DNA from: Octopus bimaculoides
Taxonomy: Eukaryota
Length of the DNA: 45,337 nt
NCBI RefSeq assembly: GCF_001194135.2
Contig: NC_068994.1
Coordinates: 32,207,699 to 32,253,035, forward strand
Direction: 5' to 3'
The translations under genes and the position numbers were made by a program. The notes below the pieces were generated by a model, which was not told the origin of the DNA, searched no databases, and saw only the letters and a program-made list of their open reading frames with translations. Positions 1 through 11,301 of the stretch are shown piece after piece (the first letter of the stretch is position 1; each line of letters opens with the position of its first letter).

Positions 1-793
1 TGTGTGTGTGTGTGTGTGTGTATAGATATATATGCGTGTAGAGAGGAAGAATAAATACGGTTAGGCAGCTTTTTAATGTTTTCTACAAATGTTTCCATAC
101 CTAAGACTAGAATTGGTAGCTTACCATAATAATACTACCGGCTATTTGGGAATTCTAAGGGTGAACGAGCTCTATTTGTACTCTAATACGTTCTTAACTG
201 AACACACCTCAACTATATATGCATGTATTTATGAATATAAATATGTATATGCATATGCACACAGACATACACAACGCCCGCACGCGCACGCACCCACACA
301 CATATTTATATATAAGAGACTGCGACACGCTGTCTGCGTTTAACCCGTGCTCCTATACGATACAAACAGTAAACTTATCCCATTTCCAGCACTTTTTGAC
401 AAATTGTGTTGTGAAGAAAACAAGATTTGTCTTCTAACAGTCAATGTGCTACAAATAAATACAACTAATGTTTGTATACGTGGAATCTTCAACTGGAAAT
501 GATATTTTTTCCATCGCTTTTGTTAAATAGAAACAGAAGAATTCTATATTGAGACACATTCATACCACACAGACACACTTATATATCCGTACGTTTATAT
601 ACATATACATACATACTTACATACACACAGATACACGCGCGCACAAACACACACATACACACATACACACACACACATCTACATACCTATATGAATATAT
701 ATTTATATATAAACACATATTTCTGTACGTACATATACATACATGCATATGTATACACAGACATATATATGTAAATGCGTGTGTATTCATATA

Positions 794-834
<41 letters not shown>
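1..834. repeat. Mosaic microsatellite tract (TG/CA, TA, TACA) running into an assembly gap
   Basis: Dinucleotide and tetranucleotide repeats are directly visible; N gap at 835-1629. Confidence 0.9.
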
Positions 835-1796
835 NNNNNNNNNNNNNNNNNNNNNNNNNNNNNNNNNNNNNNNNNNNNNNNNNNNNNNNNNNNNNNNNNN
901 NNNNNNNNNNNNNNNNNNNNNNNNNNNNNNNNNNNNNNNNNNNNNNNNNNNNNNNNNNNNNNNNNNNNNNNNNNNNNNNNNNNNNNNNNNNNNNNNNNNN
1001 NNNNNNNNNNNNNNNNNNNNNNNNNNNNNNNNNNNNNNNNNNNNNNNNNNNNNNNNNNNNNNNNNNNNNNNNNNNNNNNNNNNNNNNNNNNNNNNNNNNN
1101 NNNNNNNNNNNNNNNNNNNNNNNNNNNNNNNNNNNNNNNNNNNNNNNNNNNNNNNNNNNNNNNNNNNNNNNNNNNNNNNNNNNNNNNNNNNNNNNNNNNN
1201 NNNNNNNNNNNNNNNNNNNNNNNNNNNNNNNNNNNNNNNNNNNNNNNNNNNNNNNNNNNNNNNNNNNNNNNNNNNNNNNNNNNNNNNNNNNNNNNNNNNN
1301 NNNNNNNNNNNNNNNNNNNNNNNNNNNNNNNNNNNNNNNNNNNNNNNNNNNNNNNNNNNNNNNNNNNNNNNNNNNNNNNNNNNNNNNNNNNNNNNNNNNN
1401 NNNNNNNNNNNNNNNNNNNNNNNNNNNNNNNNNNNNNNNNNNNNNNNNNNNNNNNNNNNNNNNNNNNNNNNNNNNNNNNNNNNNNNNNNNNNNNNNNNNN
1501 NNNNNNNNNNNNNNNNNNNNNNNNNNNNNNNNNNNNNNNNNNNNNNNNNNNNNNNNNNNNNNNNNNNNNNNNNNNNNNNNNNNNNNNNNNNNNNNNNNNN
1601 NNNNNNNNNNNNNNNNNNNNNNNNNNNNNATATATATATGAATGTTGGGTATGTTACTAGTAGTACGCCGAGAAAGCACGTTCATGCACGGCAATTAAAC
1701 AATTGCCGCTTGATCTACCTCAGGAATTCCTCAGAGTACGTTGAGTATAAAACAAATGATAGAGACGGAGAATGGAATACACGGGAAACTTTATTG

Positions 1797-1846
1797 CTCA
1801 CAACGATCGTTTCGACACTTCCTGCATCGATCCATCGTGGGTTGGA
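1797..1846 (-). ncRNA. Degenerate minimal hammerhead-like motif (probably inactive)
   Basis: Minus strand reads CCAACCCACGA-TG-GAT...GTC-GAAAC-GATC-GTT-GTGAG followed by AATAAA. Helix III is palindromic (ACGATCGT), but the CUG of the core is damaged and helix I is poor. Confidence 0.3.
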
Positions 1847-2013
1847 AACTATACAACAGTTGTTGTGCATCCCTCGATGCGGAAGCGTTTCGTCAGGTGA
1901 CGTAGTAAGATGTTTCCCGTTAAATGAACTATGTTTCACTAGGATTTAATCCAGTATGTTGTTAGTGACCGTAGTTTTATTATTTACAATTTTTACAATT
2001 CACAATATTGAAA

Positions 2014-2053
2014 CAAACTAGTACTTTCATGCGTTGCACAATCATCAGATTTA
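2014..2053 (-). ncRNA. Minimal type-I hammerhead ribozyme motif (Penelope/retrozyme type)
   Basis: Minus strand reads TAAAT-CTGATGA-TT-GTGC-AAC-GCAT-GAA-AGTACT-A-GTTTG: full core, 4-bp helix II, palindromic helix III AGTACT, CUA cleavage triplet, 5-bp helix I with two G-U pairs. Confidence 0.6.
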
Positions 2054-2087
2054 TGTAGTGACAGTCGTGTTCCACAATCGATAACTA

Positions 2088-2212
2088 ATGTGTGTGTGTG
2101 TGTATATGTATACATATGTGTGTATGTGTGTATGTATGTATGTATGTATGTATGTATGTGTGTATGTATGTATGTATGTATGTATGTATGCATGCATGCA
2201 TGTATGTATATA

Positions 2213-2284
<72 letters not shown>

Positions 2285-2335
2285 TGTATATATGTGAGTA
2301 TGTATGTACAGGTGTGTGTATGCAAGTGTGCATAT
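2088..2335. repeat. (TG)/(TATG)n/(TA)n microsatellite
   Basis: Directly visible. Confidence 0.95.
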
Positions 2336-2359
2336 AAAGATCCGCTTCGGTCATGACTA

Positions 2360-4246
2360 CAAGGATAAATGAGAAGCGAGAAGGTAAATAAATTGTTAGC
2401 GGATCTGAAGAAACAATAGTCATCTTTAATCCAAAGGCGAGATATCAGTCAGGCAACAGTAAAAGCTAGCTACCTTGTTGCTTGAGAAATAGCATTAGCA
2501 TCAAAGCTGTACTGTGAGGGTGAGTTCGTGAATAAATGCATACTGAAGGCTGCAGAAATTGTATGTCCTTTTGCCAACATTAGCCTGACGAGAAACGCTG
2601 TGGCAAATAGGATTTCAGATCTTTCTGCAGATTTGAACAGGCAACAGAAGCACAAAGTGAAGTCATTTATTGCATTTTCGGTTGCAATTGATGAGAGCAC
2701 GAACATTACGGATGTTGCGCAACTGGCCATATTCCTTCGTAGTGTAGGCGAGACTTTGACCGTCACCGAGGAGTTCCTGGAGTTGGTTCCTATGATGGAC
2801 ACCACAACAGCAAATGACATTTTCATCTCTCTTGTTGGAGCGCTGGATAGGGTCGGAGTGGACTGGGCCCGTGCTGTCAGCGTGGCTACAGATGGCGCTC
2901 CATCAATGGGAGAAAAGCAGGTGTTGTAACGCAGTTCAGAGAGAAAGTACAGACTACAAATGGAGGACATGACTTTTGGATACTTCACTGCATTTACATC
3001 TGGAGGCGTTGTGTTGGAAGTCGGTCAAAATGGATTACGTTATGGAAGTGGTTGACCGAACTGTTAATTTCATCCGAACTAGAGGTCTGAATCATCATCA
3101 GTTTGACAATCTTCTCAGTGATATAGGCGTTACCTATTGCTTGCCGTATCACACCGAGGTAAGGTGGTTAAGCCGAGGTGTCGTGTTGAAACGTTTCTTT
3201 AATCTACATGAAGAAATTGAACAGTTCATGGAGGAAAAGGGCAAACGAGTGCAAGATTTAGCATTTAGCGTGGATATTACAGAGCACTTGAATAATTTGA
3301 ACAAAATGCTGCAAGGCCGTAAAAAAGTTGTCACACAATATTTTGAAAGCATACGCACGTTCAAGTGGAAGCTAACTTTGTGGAGACACAACTGTCAGGT
3401 GGTGACTCTACTCATTTTCCTTGTCTAAAAGATGTGGTTGCGACCACAGATAATGTTGACATGAATCGGTACAAAGACAATATCACGGGATTGCTGCGGG
3501 AGTTTGAGCAACAGTTCCAGATTTTTGATGAACTTGAGACAGATTTCACAGATTTTTCGCTCACCATTTACAGTCAACGCCTCTGATCTGCCCATCAACA
3601 TCCAACTTGAAATGGTTGACTTGTAGTGTGATTCAGATTTGAAGAACAAATTTACTTCGGTGGACTTGGACACATTTTATCAGTATCTCTTGCCAAAGCA
3701 CCCCAAATTGACAGCCCTTGCTGCGAAAGTTTTGTACATGTTTGGGAACTTACCTTTGTGAACAAGTTTTTCTCTGTAATGAGCATCAATGAAACAAAGC
3801 TGCCCTCAAGGTTAACCCATAAGCACCTAAATGACATCCTAAAATTGGCTGCTACTCAGAATTTGATGCATGATATTAATACACTTGTGAAGGAGAAAAA
3901 ATGCCAAGTTCCAGGAACATACTGAAAATAAATGATGAAAAAGAATAAAAGTGTTTTTAAATGTTTTTCAAAGTGTTCTGTTTTTAAATTTATAAATTGT
4001 ATACGTTTACAAGGTAGTGTAATAATACAGTCTTCTTTAACAGTTCCCACTTTCACTTGGTCAATGAACATACTGTTCTTCAAACATGAACATTTTCAGA
4101 TTGTACTTTTTTTACACTAAAACAAAGGGAAAATTTTGAAATTGCTATTTGTGGGTTCTTATGCCATGATTTTACTGGTCCGGCTCGCTTGAGATCAAAT
4201 TGGATTGAAATGTGGCCCGCGAACTAAAATGAGTTTGACACCCCTA
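2360..4246 (+). mobile_element. Decayed hAT DNA transposon (Charlie/SPIN group, GTF2IRD2/EPM2AIP1-like transposase); 5' end missing
   Basis: Motifs FSVAIDESTNITDVAQLAIF, ATDGAPSM, HCILH-like, YHTEVRWLSRG and a C-terminal LPSRLTHKHLNDILK, broken by stops and frameshifts; stop at 3923-3925. Right terminus AAAATGAGTTTGACACCCCTA (4226-4246) is the reverse complement of the typical hAT end (C/T)AGGGGTGTCAAACTCATTTT. Confidence 0.9.
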
Positions 4247-4529
4247 CTGTAAAAGGTAGTGATAGATAGGCTGATAGCTGGATGTATATACAAATGGATA
4301 GATTGTGGAAGTGAGAAGAATTGAGAAATGTCAAAAGAATTATTCAAAGTTGACTAACAAAAGTGAGAACCCAAAAGTGATTATTGGATTGAGAGAAGAA
4401 CTGAAAGTTTGGAAGAAGAAATAGTCTGAAGTTGTAAAAGACAGGTGATAAGAATGAGTAGAAATGTGGAGCGAAGATGACTGGATAGAGAGAAGGGTTG
4501 AAGATGGCAGGAGACATACCTTAACTTAT

Positions 4530-4534
4530 ACGCG

Positions 4535-4585
<51 letters not shown>
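4530..4585. repeat. (GC)n(CA)n microsatellite between two imperfect ~75-bp direct repeats
   Basis: ATGACTGGATAGAGAGAAG occurs at both 4478 and 4619. Confidence 0.75.
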
Positions 4586-5483
4586 TTGCACGCGCTGAAT
4601 GAGTAGTAATGGAGAGTAATGACTGGATAGAGAGAAGAATTAGAGATTGCAAGAAAAATATCCTAACTTGTACTCTCTCCATCTCTTCCTCTATCCCACG
4701 CACATACAAANNNNNNNNNNAGCTATATGTACATATATATATATTTTTTTATATATACACACATATACACGTATAATATATAATAAAAAATTATATATAT
4801 GAATTTATAATACATTATATATAATATATTATGTACAATATATATTTATATTGTATATATATATATATATATACATACATATAAAATATATAATTATATC
4901 ATGAGTATATATATATGTATATATATATATATATATATACATATCTGTGTGTGTGTGTGTGTTTATATACACAAATACACACAAGCAGTAGAACAATATT
5001 GATGATCAGATAGTGAGTTTAGAATGACAGAAGAAAACTGGTTAACATTATAGTAGAGAATATTGGAAATCTCGAATGCGGTTTTATTTCGCGCGCGCAC
5101 TCACACACTCACACACACAAAGTCCAAAATGGCTTGCAACATTACTAGTCATGTCAGGTCTAAAACTCTGTGCTTGGGTTGTGAAAGAATGAAGAGTGTC
5201 AAACATCAATCAAGACCACCTGAGGTAGCGGGTCTGCGCTATTCAACGTGATCACTTTCCTTGCTAGACATAACAACTAAATCTCCCCCAAAATTACATT
5301 TTATTCTCTTAAGAAAAAAAAAATGCCAAAAGAAATAGTGTCTGGTATGATGTTATCTTAGACGTACTATAAGATGGAGTGGTTGTGGCTGGAATGTCTT
5401 TTGTCACGGGCTTGTTTGATTCAGGTTTGATTTGGGGTAATACATCACCACTATTACTACAATAATCAACATCGACAGCAACA

Positions 5484-6487
5484 ACGGTTTCAAATTCTGT
5501 CTCAAGACCAGCAATTTCGGGGAAGAGGGTAAATCAATTACATTAGCCGCCAGTGCTTAACTGGTACTTATTTTATCGGCCAAATTCGACAGACGAAATA
5601 CCGCTTAGCATTTTGCCCTATGTACAGCCAGCTCGCTGTCTTAACAACCACAGTAATAATACCGTCTGCTAAAGGCACAAGGCCTGAAATTTGGTGGGAG
5701 GGGGATAGTCGATTACATCGACCCCAGTGCTCAAATGCTACTTACTTCATTGAACCAGAAAGGATGAAAGGTAAAGTCGACCTCGGCAGAATTTGAACTC
5801 AGAAAATAAAGATGGATAAAATGTCGTTAAGTATTTTGCCCGGCGGCATGCTAACAACGACAATGACAATAGTTTCAAATTTTGGCATAAGGCCAGCATT
5901 TTCAGGAGAAAGATTAAGTCGATTATATCGACACCAGTGTTCCACTGATACTTATTTTATCGACTCCGAAAGGATGAAAGGTATAGTAGACCTCGGTGGA
6001 ATTTGAACTCAGAACGTAGACAGACGAAATGCCGCTAAGCATTTTCCCAGCGCGCTAACAACGGCGGTAATAATAGTTTCAAATTTTGCCACAAGGACAG
6101 CTATTTTGGGAAAGCGAATGAGTCGTTTACATCGACCCCAATGTCTCCATGGTACTTAATTTATCGACCCCGAAAGGATGAAAAGCAAAGTCGACCTCGG
6201 CGGAATTTGAACTCAGAACGTAAAGGCAGGCGAAATACCGCTAAGCATTTCGCCCGGTGTGCTAACAACGACAGAAATAATAACAACAAAAATAATCCAG
6301 TCTACTATAAGCACAAGGCCTGAATTTGGTGAGAGGGGACCAGTCGATTAGATCGATACCAGTACACAACTGGTGCTTAATTTATCGACCCCTAAAGGAT
6401 GAAAGGCAAAGTTGACCTCGGCGGAATTTGAACTCAGAATGTAGCAGCAGACGATATGCCGCGAAGCGTTTTGCTCGGCGCGCTAAC
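5484..6487 (-). mobile_element. Head-to-tail array of five tRNA-derived SINE units (Meta/RUDI-like core domain)
   Basis: Repeated GGAATTTGAACTCAG (B-box, reverse complement) and CCCCGAAAGGATGAAAGGCAAAGTCGACCTCGG core; units end at GCTAAC at 5850, 6054, 6261 and 6482. Confidence 0.85.
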
Positions 6488-6852
6488 AACGACGGTAACA
6501 ATAACAACAGAAATAATTCTGTGACTACAAATATTTTCAATATTAAACAATGAGACAATGAAAAAACTTCTATGTGGTCGTTCGAAATGCTAGAAACAGC
6601 AACCGTATCTCACTCAAATTACTATCTTAAAGAGTGGAAGGACACTGGATAATGTAGTCCGGGATGCTCAAAGCTCGAGACAACACTGGCAACAACAACA
6701 ACAACAACAACAACAACATAAAAGAATAAACCAAATTACATAATGATAAACTGAATAGCTGTAATGATAATCACTCACAAGTTAACCGTTGATGAAAGAT
6801 GTAGCACTACTCTACAATAGAGCAAAGCATCACAATAAATCTGTTTCATGAA

Positions 6853-6990
6853 GAGCAGGCATGGCTGTGTAGCTAAGAAGCGCTCCCTTTGCAACCGCAT
6901 GGTTATGAGTTCAGTCTTACTGCGCAGCACCTTAGGCAAATGTCTTCTACTGGAAATTGTGGGGAAGTACGTCGTGTTATATATGCGTAT
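6853..6990 (+). mobile_element. tRNA-derived SINE, 5' part (GCAGGCATGGCTGTGTGG family)
   Basis: A-box-like TGGCTGTGTAGCTAAG, B-box-like GAGTTCAGTC and CACCTTAGGCAAATGTCTTCTAC body; same family as 15170-15500 and 35095-35280. Confidence 0.7.
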
Positions 6991-8299
6991 ATATATATAT
7001 ATATATATNNNNNNNNNNNNNNNNNNNNNNNNNNNNNNNNNNNNNNNNNNNNNNNNNNNNNNNNNNNNNNNNNNNNNNNNNNNNNNNNNNNNNNNNNNNN
7101 NNNNNNNNNNNNNNNNNNNNNNNNNNNNNNNNNNNNNNNNNNNNNNNNNNNNNNNNNNNNNNNNNNNNNNNNNNNNNNNNNNNNNNNNNNNNNNNNNNNN
7201 NNNNNNNNNNNNNNNNNNNNNNNNNNNNNNNNNNNNNNNNNNNNNNNNNNNNNNNNNNNNNNNNNNNNNNNNNNNNNNNNNNNNNNNNNNNNNNNNNNNN
7301 NNNNNNNNNNNNNNNNNNNNNNNNNNNNNNNNNNNNNNNNNNNNNNNNNNNNNNNNNNNNNNNNNNNNNNNNNNNNNNNNNNNNNNNNNNNNNNNNNNNN
7401 NNNNNNNNNNNNNNNNNNNNNNNNNNNNNNNNNNNNNNNNNNNNNNNNNNNNNNNNNNNNNNNNNNNNNNNNNNNNNNGGAATAGACATACACATTACGT
7501 GGACTTTCATCCTTCATCAGCTGTCGACCAAATTCATCACAATTTTGATCCCTTATCGATAAAAATACTGTTCAATTTGGTGGCGTCAACAGCAAAATGC
7601 TGCGGGAGTATAAATGAGCAAGCATAAGGGATATAACGGGGAAAGTACAAAAAAAAAAAATAAATAAAAAGACAGGGTTTTTAGACCGAACGGTAAAAAG
7701 GACGATTTATGAGGAGCACAAGAAAACGTATACAAGACGGAAAGGCATATGTCCACTTGCAATCGCTTGGCAACCGGTGTTGGTTTGTCCCTGTTACTTA
7801 ACGCTCCGACAAAAGAAAACGACATAATAAGCAAGCAGCTTAACCACACAACCATACTTGCGCCTGTCGTATATGTATATCGTATATGTATATATACATA
7901 CATATATACGCATATAAACACATACAACCACATATATATATTGCTTCCTTTACAATCAGTGATCAGCTTCGACCTCAATAACAAGTGCACCTAATTGTAG
8001 TTTGCATCCAGCTTCTAGTCATTAGTACCAGATAATTCGAAATTGTTAGGAGTCTCGCTCACAATATGAACGTATATACGTGCCTAGAATTATGTGAATA
8101 ATTATTTGCTAGTTTGTAATTGTCTATCGAATCTAACAATGTCCAGCCATCTCCTTCTTCCCGTGTATATTCTTTGATGATTGCTCACCTCAATCCTTGA
8201 TCGCAGAGGGAAGGGGCCAGCAGGGCTGGTGCTACATCTAAGACACACTTAATGTTTGCCAAGGGTCTAAAATATGGGTGCGCCATACAAATTCTGAAC

Positions 8300-9104
8300 A
8301 ATGCTGAGATCTGTGGCTTTCAATTCTTTGATTATGTTCATTTTTAGAGTATCATAATCATTAGTTTCATCTTCACTGTTTCTAAGTTTTAAATTTGTTT
8401 CGTATTCTCTCCCGTTCATATTTTTGTCTGTGGTGTTCTGGTTTGGTGCATTTTATTCATCATTACACATTCTTACACTCTGCATTTGTTGTCTTTCGTC
8501 GTTTACTTTGTTTTTGTTGGAAATGTTACGTCTGTTATCGTATTTTACAGTTCCAGCGCTTATATTATTTGGCATTGCTGTGTGGTTACTATTTACGTTT
8601 TCTTGGTGTATTTTTCTTTTTAAGTGTTCTATTTCTGATAGTTCTTTTGTTTTCAGAATATATTTCTGTATGTTAGCTAGTTTATTAGGGTTCATTGCTC
8701 TATACAAATCTTTATCTAGGTTATTTTTCTTCCAGATTTTATATCTATATATTGTTGTGTTTTCGTTCTGTGGTTAGAGCACTGTTGTAAAATAAGCGTG
8801 TAGGATTGAAATATATTACTCAAGTCTCCATTCATGCTTTTTAAATTTTATTCGCGAGACATGAGGAATAACGTCCGGCCCTTTATTTTGATGGTCATCA
8901 TTTTCGTAGGGTACCGGTCCGTTCATTTCTGGTATCAAATGGTTTTGCACGTGTAGCTTTTCGTACTTTTTGTGTAACAAGTTTAAAGTACGTATTTCCC
9001 ATTTGTTATCCTTGGGTTGAATAATACGGGTATTATTTAATTTATTTTTCATTTTTTTTTGTGCATGGTGGTTGGGGACGGAGATCGTCTGATGTTGATT
9101 GGTT
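8300..9104 (-). mobile_element. 5' portion (UTR plus N-terminal ORF) of an R4/Dong-type RLE LINE, decayed
   Basis: Minus frame reads KHEWRLE*YISILHAYF...IWKKNN...MNPNKLANIQKYILKTKELSEIE, resembling the R4/Dong N-terminal motif; it begins directly after a (TAA)n tract. Confidence 0.65.
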
Positions 9105-9154
9105 ATTATTATTATTATTATTATTATTGCTGTTATTATTATTACTATTATTGC

Positions 9155-9220
<66 letters not shown>
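9103..9220. repeat. (TTA)n microsatellite
   Basis: Directly visible. Confidence 0.95.
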
Positions 9221-9563
9221 CTTTTAAAATTTTCTTCAATTTCAGATTATGAAAAGATGAAACACCATCTTGGAGTTCCTGGTTCCAGAATAAGTATAAA
9301 AAAAGTTCATGAATTCCAACAACCATCTCAGAGATCATTTGTCAAATAAACTGGACTTAAGAAGAAAAACTTTCAAAAATCAAAAGACATATGTTCCTGT
9401 CATGCACACACACACACACACACACACATCGCGCACGCGCGAAATGGATAAAAAAGTCACGCTCAAAATAAGCTCAGTGCGCTCTAGAATTGTCAGACAT
9501 ACTTCAACTTTTCTAAAATTGAATAAAACAATAATGATGAATCCACACGGCATGGTGAACAAA

Positions 9564-9594
<31 letters not shown>

Positions 9595-9595
<1 letters not shown>

Positions 9596-10043
9596 GAGAA
9601 ATTAAGGCAAATAGACCAGATATAGTTGTCAAAGATCATGAAGAAAAAAAATGCTTTCTAATTGATGTGTCAATACCAGCAGATGACGTTTCTCTAAAAG
9701 AAATGGAAAAACTTTCAAAATACAAAGACCTGGAAATAGAGATAACTCGAATGTGGAATCTAAAAACAGAAACAATTCCTATCATAGTAGGTGCCTTAGG
9801 TATAATAAAAAAATATTCAGACAAATACATAACAAAAACACCAGGACTTACAAATATATATAACATACAGAAAATTGCACTACTGGGTACTGCACACATT
9901 CTACGCAAAACACTTTCAATACAGTAAACATAAGAGCACCACAGCAAACCACAGCACATACCCAAGGCGCACAGAGCTGCGCTCGGTAGTGAAGTGAAAG
10001 CTCGTTATAAAAATAAAACTACTGAACAATAATAATAATAATG

Positions 10044-10075
<32 letters not shown>

Positions 10076-10085
10076 AATAATAATA
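9595..10085 (+). mobile_element. 5'-truncated R4/Dong-type LINE: RLE endonuclease C-terminus, 3' UTR and (AAT)n tail
   Basis: REIKANRPDIVVKD...LIDVSIPAD...EKLSKYKDLEIEITRMW...PIIVGALG...QKIALLGTAHILRK (PD-(D/E)xK type RLE); stop at 9925-9927; (AAT)n on both sides. Confidence 0.9.
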
Positions 10086-10290
10086 TATAAATAAAATGTT
10101 AAATGTTTTGTTGCGTGATTTTTGGTCCACCCTGTGTGTGTGTGTATAAATATATACATACATACATACATACATTCATACATACATACACACACATATA
10201 TATATATATACACACATACACAAACACATATATATACATATATGAAGAGAAACAGATATATATATATATAAGCGCTTGTGCATGTGTATG

Positions 10291-10330
<40 letters not shown>

Positions 10331-10938
10331 AGTGTGTGTCTGAGTGTATGTGCGTTTGTGTGCGTGTGTGTATACATATCTATAAATAAATCTGTATGTA
10401 CGTATATGAATGTATATTAGTTTTTCTTTGTATACGCATCTAACAATTTGTAAATTAAGTATGTAATAAAATATAATGAAAATGAATCCGTCTTACTCAC
10501 TCTGGCAAAGAAAAGAAAGTGGGGTTGCATGAAATATAATGTATACGATGCAACCAAAAAGCATGTTTGAGGCCCTTAAATGTTTGATACGAAAAATTAT
10601 ACTCAATAATTTCTGAGTGTATTCTCATGCATGAATACAGCGATGTGAATACACACACACACACACACACACACACAGATAAAAACAAAAGGACAAATAT
10701 ATATATATAGATAAACACATTACAGACGCCCGCACGCCCATACACTCATGTACACACACGCATGCGCGCATACACGAACATAATGGAACTGTCGTAATAA
10801 AAAATAATTGATAGCTAAACTCTGCTGGCTAATAAGTGATTCATCTCATTGAAAACAACACATTGAATTTGAGTTCTGTTGGAATATTGGCCCACTTGAT
10901 ACTTGAGTGAAATTTATCAAATAGAACATATACATACC

Positions 10939-11301
10939 AAGGCGGCGAGCTGGCAGAAACGTTAGCACGCCGGGCGAAATGTTTGGCGGTATTTCGTCTG
11001 CCACTGCGTTCTGAGTTCAAATTCCGCCGCGGTCGACTTTGCCTTTCAGGGTCGATTAAATAAGTACCAATTACGCACTGGGGTCGATATAATCGACTTA
11101 ATCCGTTTGTCTGTCCTTGTTTGTCCCCTCTGTGTGTAAACCCCTATCGGGCAGTAAAAAAATAAGAAACGTCAGTACGCAGGGCGAAATGCTTAGCGGT
11201 ATTTCGTCTCTCTTTACGTTCTGAGTTCAAATTCCGCCGAAGTCGACTTTGCCTTTCATTCTTTCGGGGTCGATAAATTAAGTACCAGTTGCATACTGGG
11301 G
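10939..11301 (+). mobile_element. SINE dimer (Meta/RUDI-like): full unit plus a headless second unit truncated by a gap
   Basis: AAGGCGGCGAGCTGGCAGAAACGTTAGC head, GAGTTCAAATTCC B-box and core; the second unit starts AGAAACGTCAGTACGC at about 11165. Confidence 0.9.

Noticed and set aside
1880-1900. CTGACGA on the minus strand near a GCATC/GATGC hairpin
   Set aside because: No GAAA follows a helix II, so it is not a hammerhead.
549-1949. Long ORFs such as 549-1949, 19428-21473, 20030-21598 and 41856-43046
   Set aside because: They are translations of microsatellites and N gaps (YI, HT, VC, SIYL runs, X), not genes.
2528-3428. Host gene GTF2IRD2/EPM2AIP1
   Set aside because: Multiple stops and frameshifts plus a hAT TIR show a transposon relic, not a domesticated gene.
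5650-6490. CRISPR-like array
   Set aside because: Eukaryotic context; units are ~205-bp SINEs with no short repeat-spacer structure.
7504-7520. Minus-strand CTGATGA-AGGAT-GAAA
   Set aside because: Helix II cannot form; the match derives from a decayed SINE core (AAGGATGAAAG).
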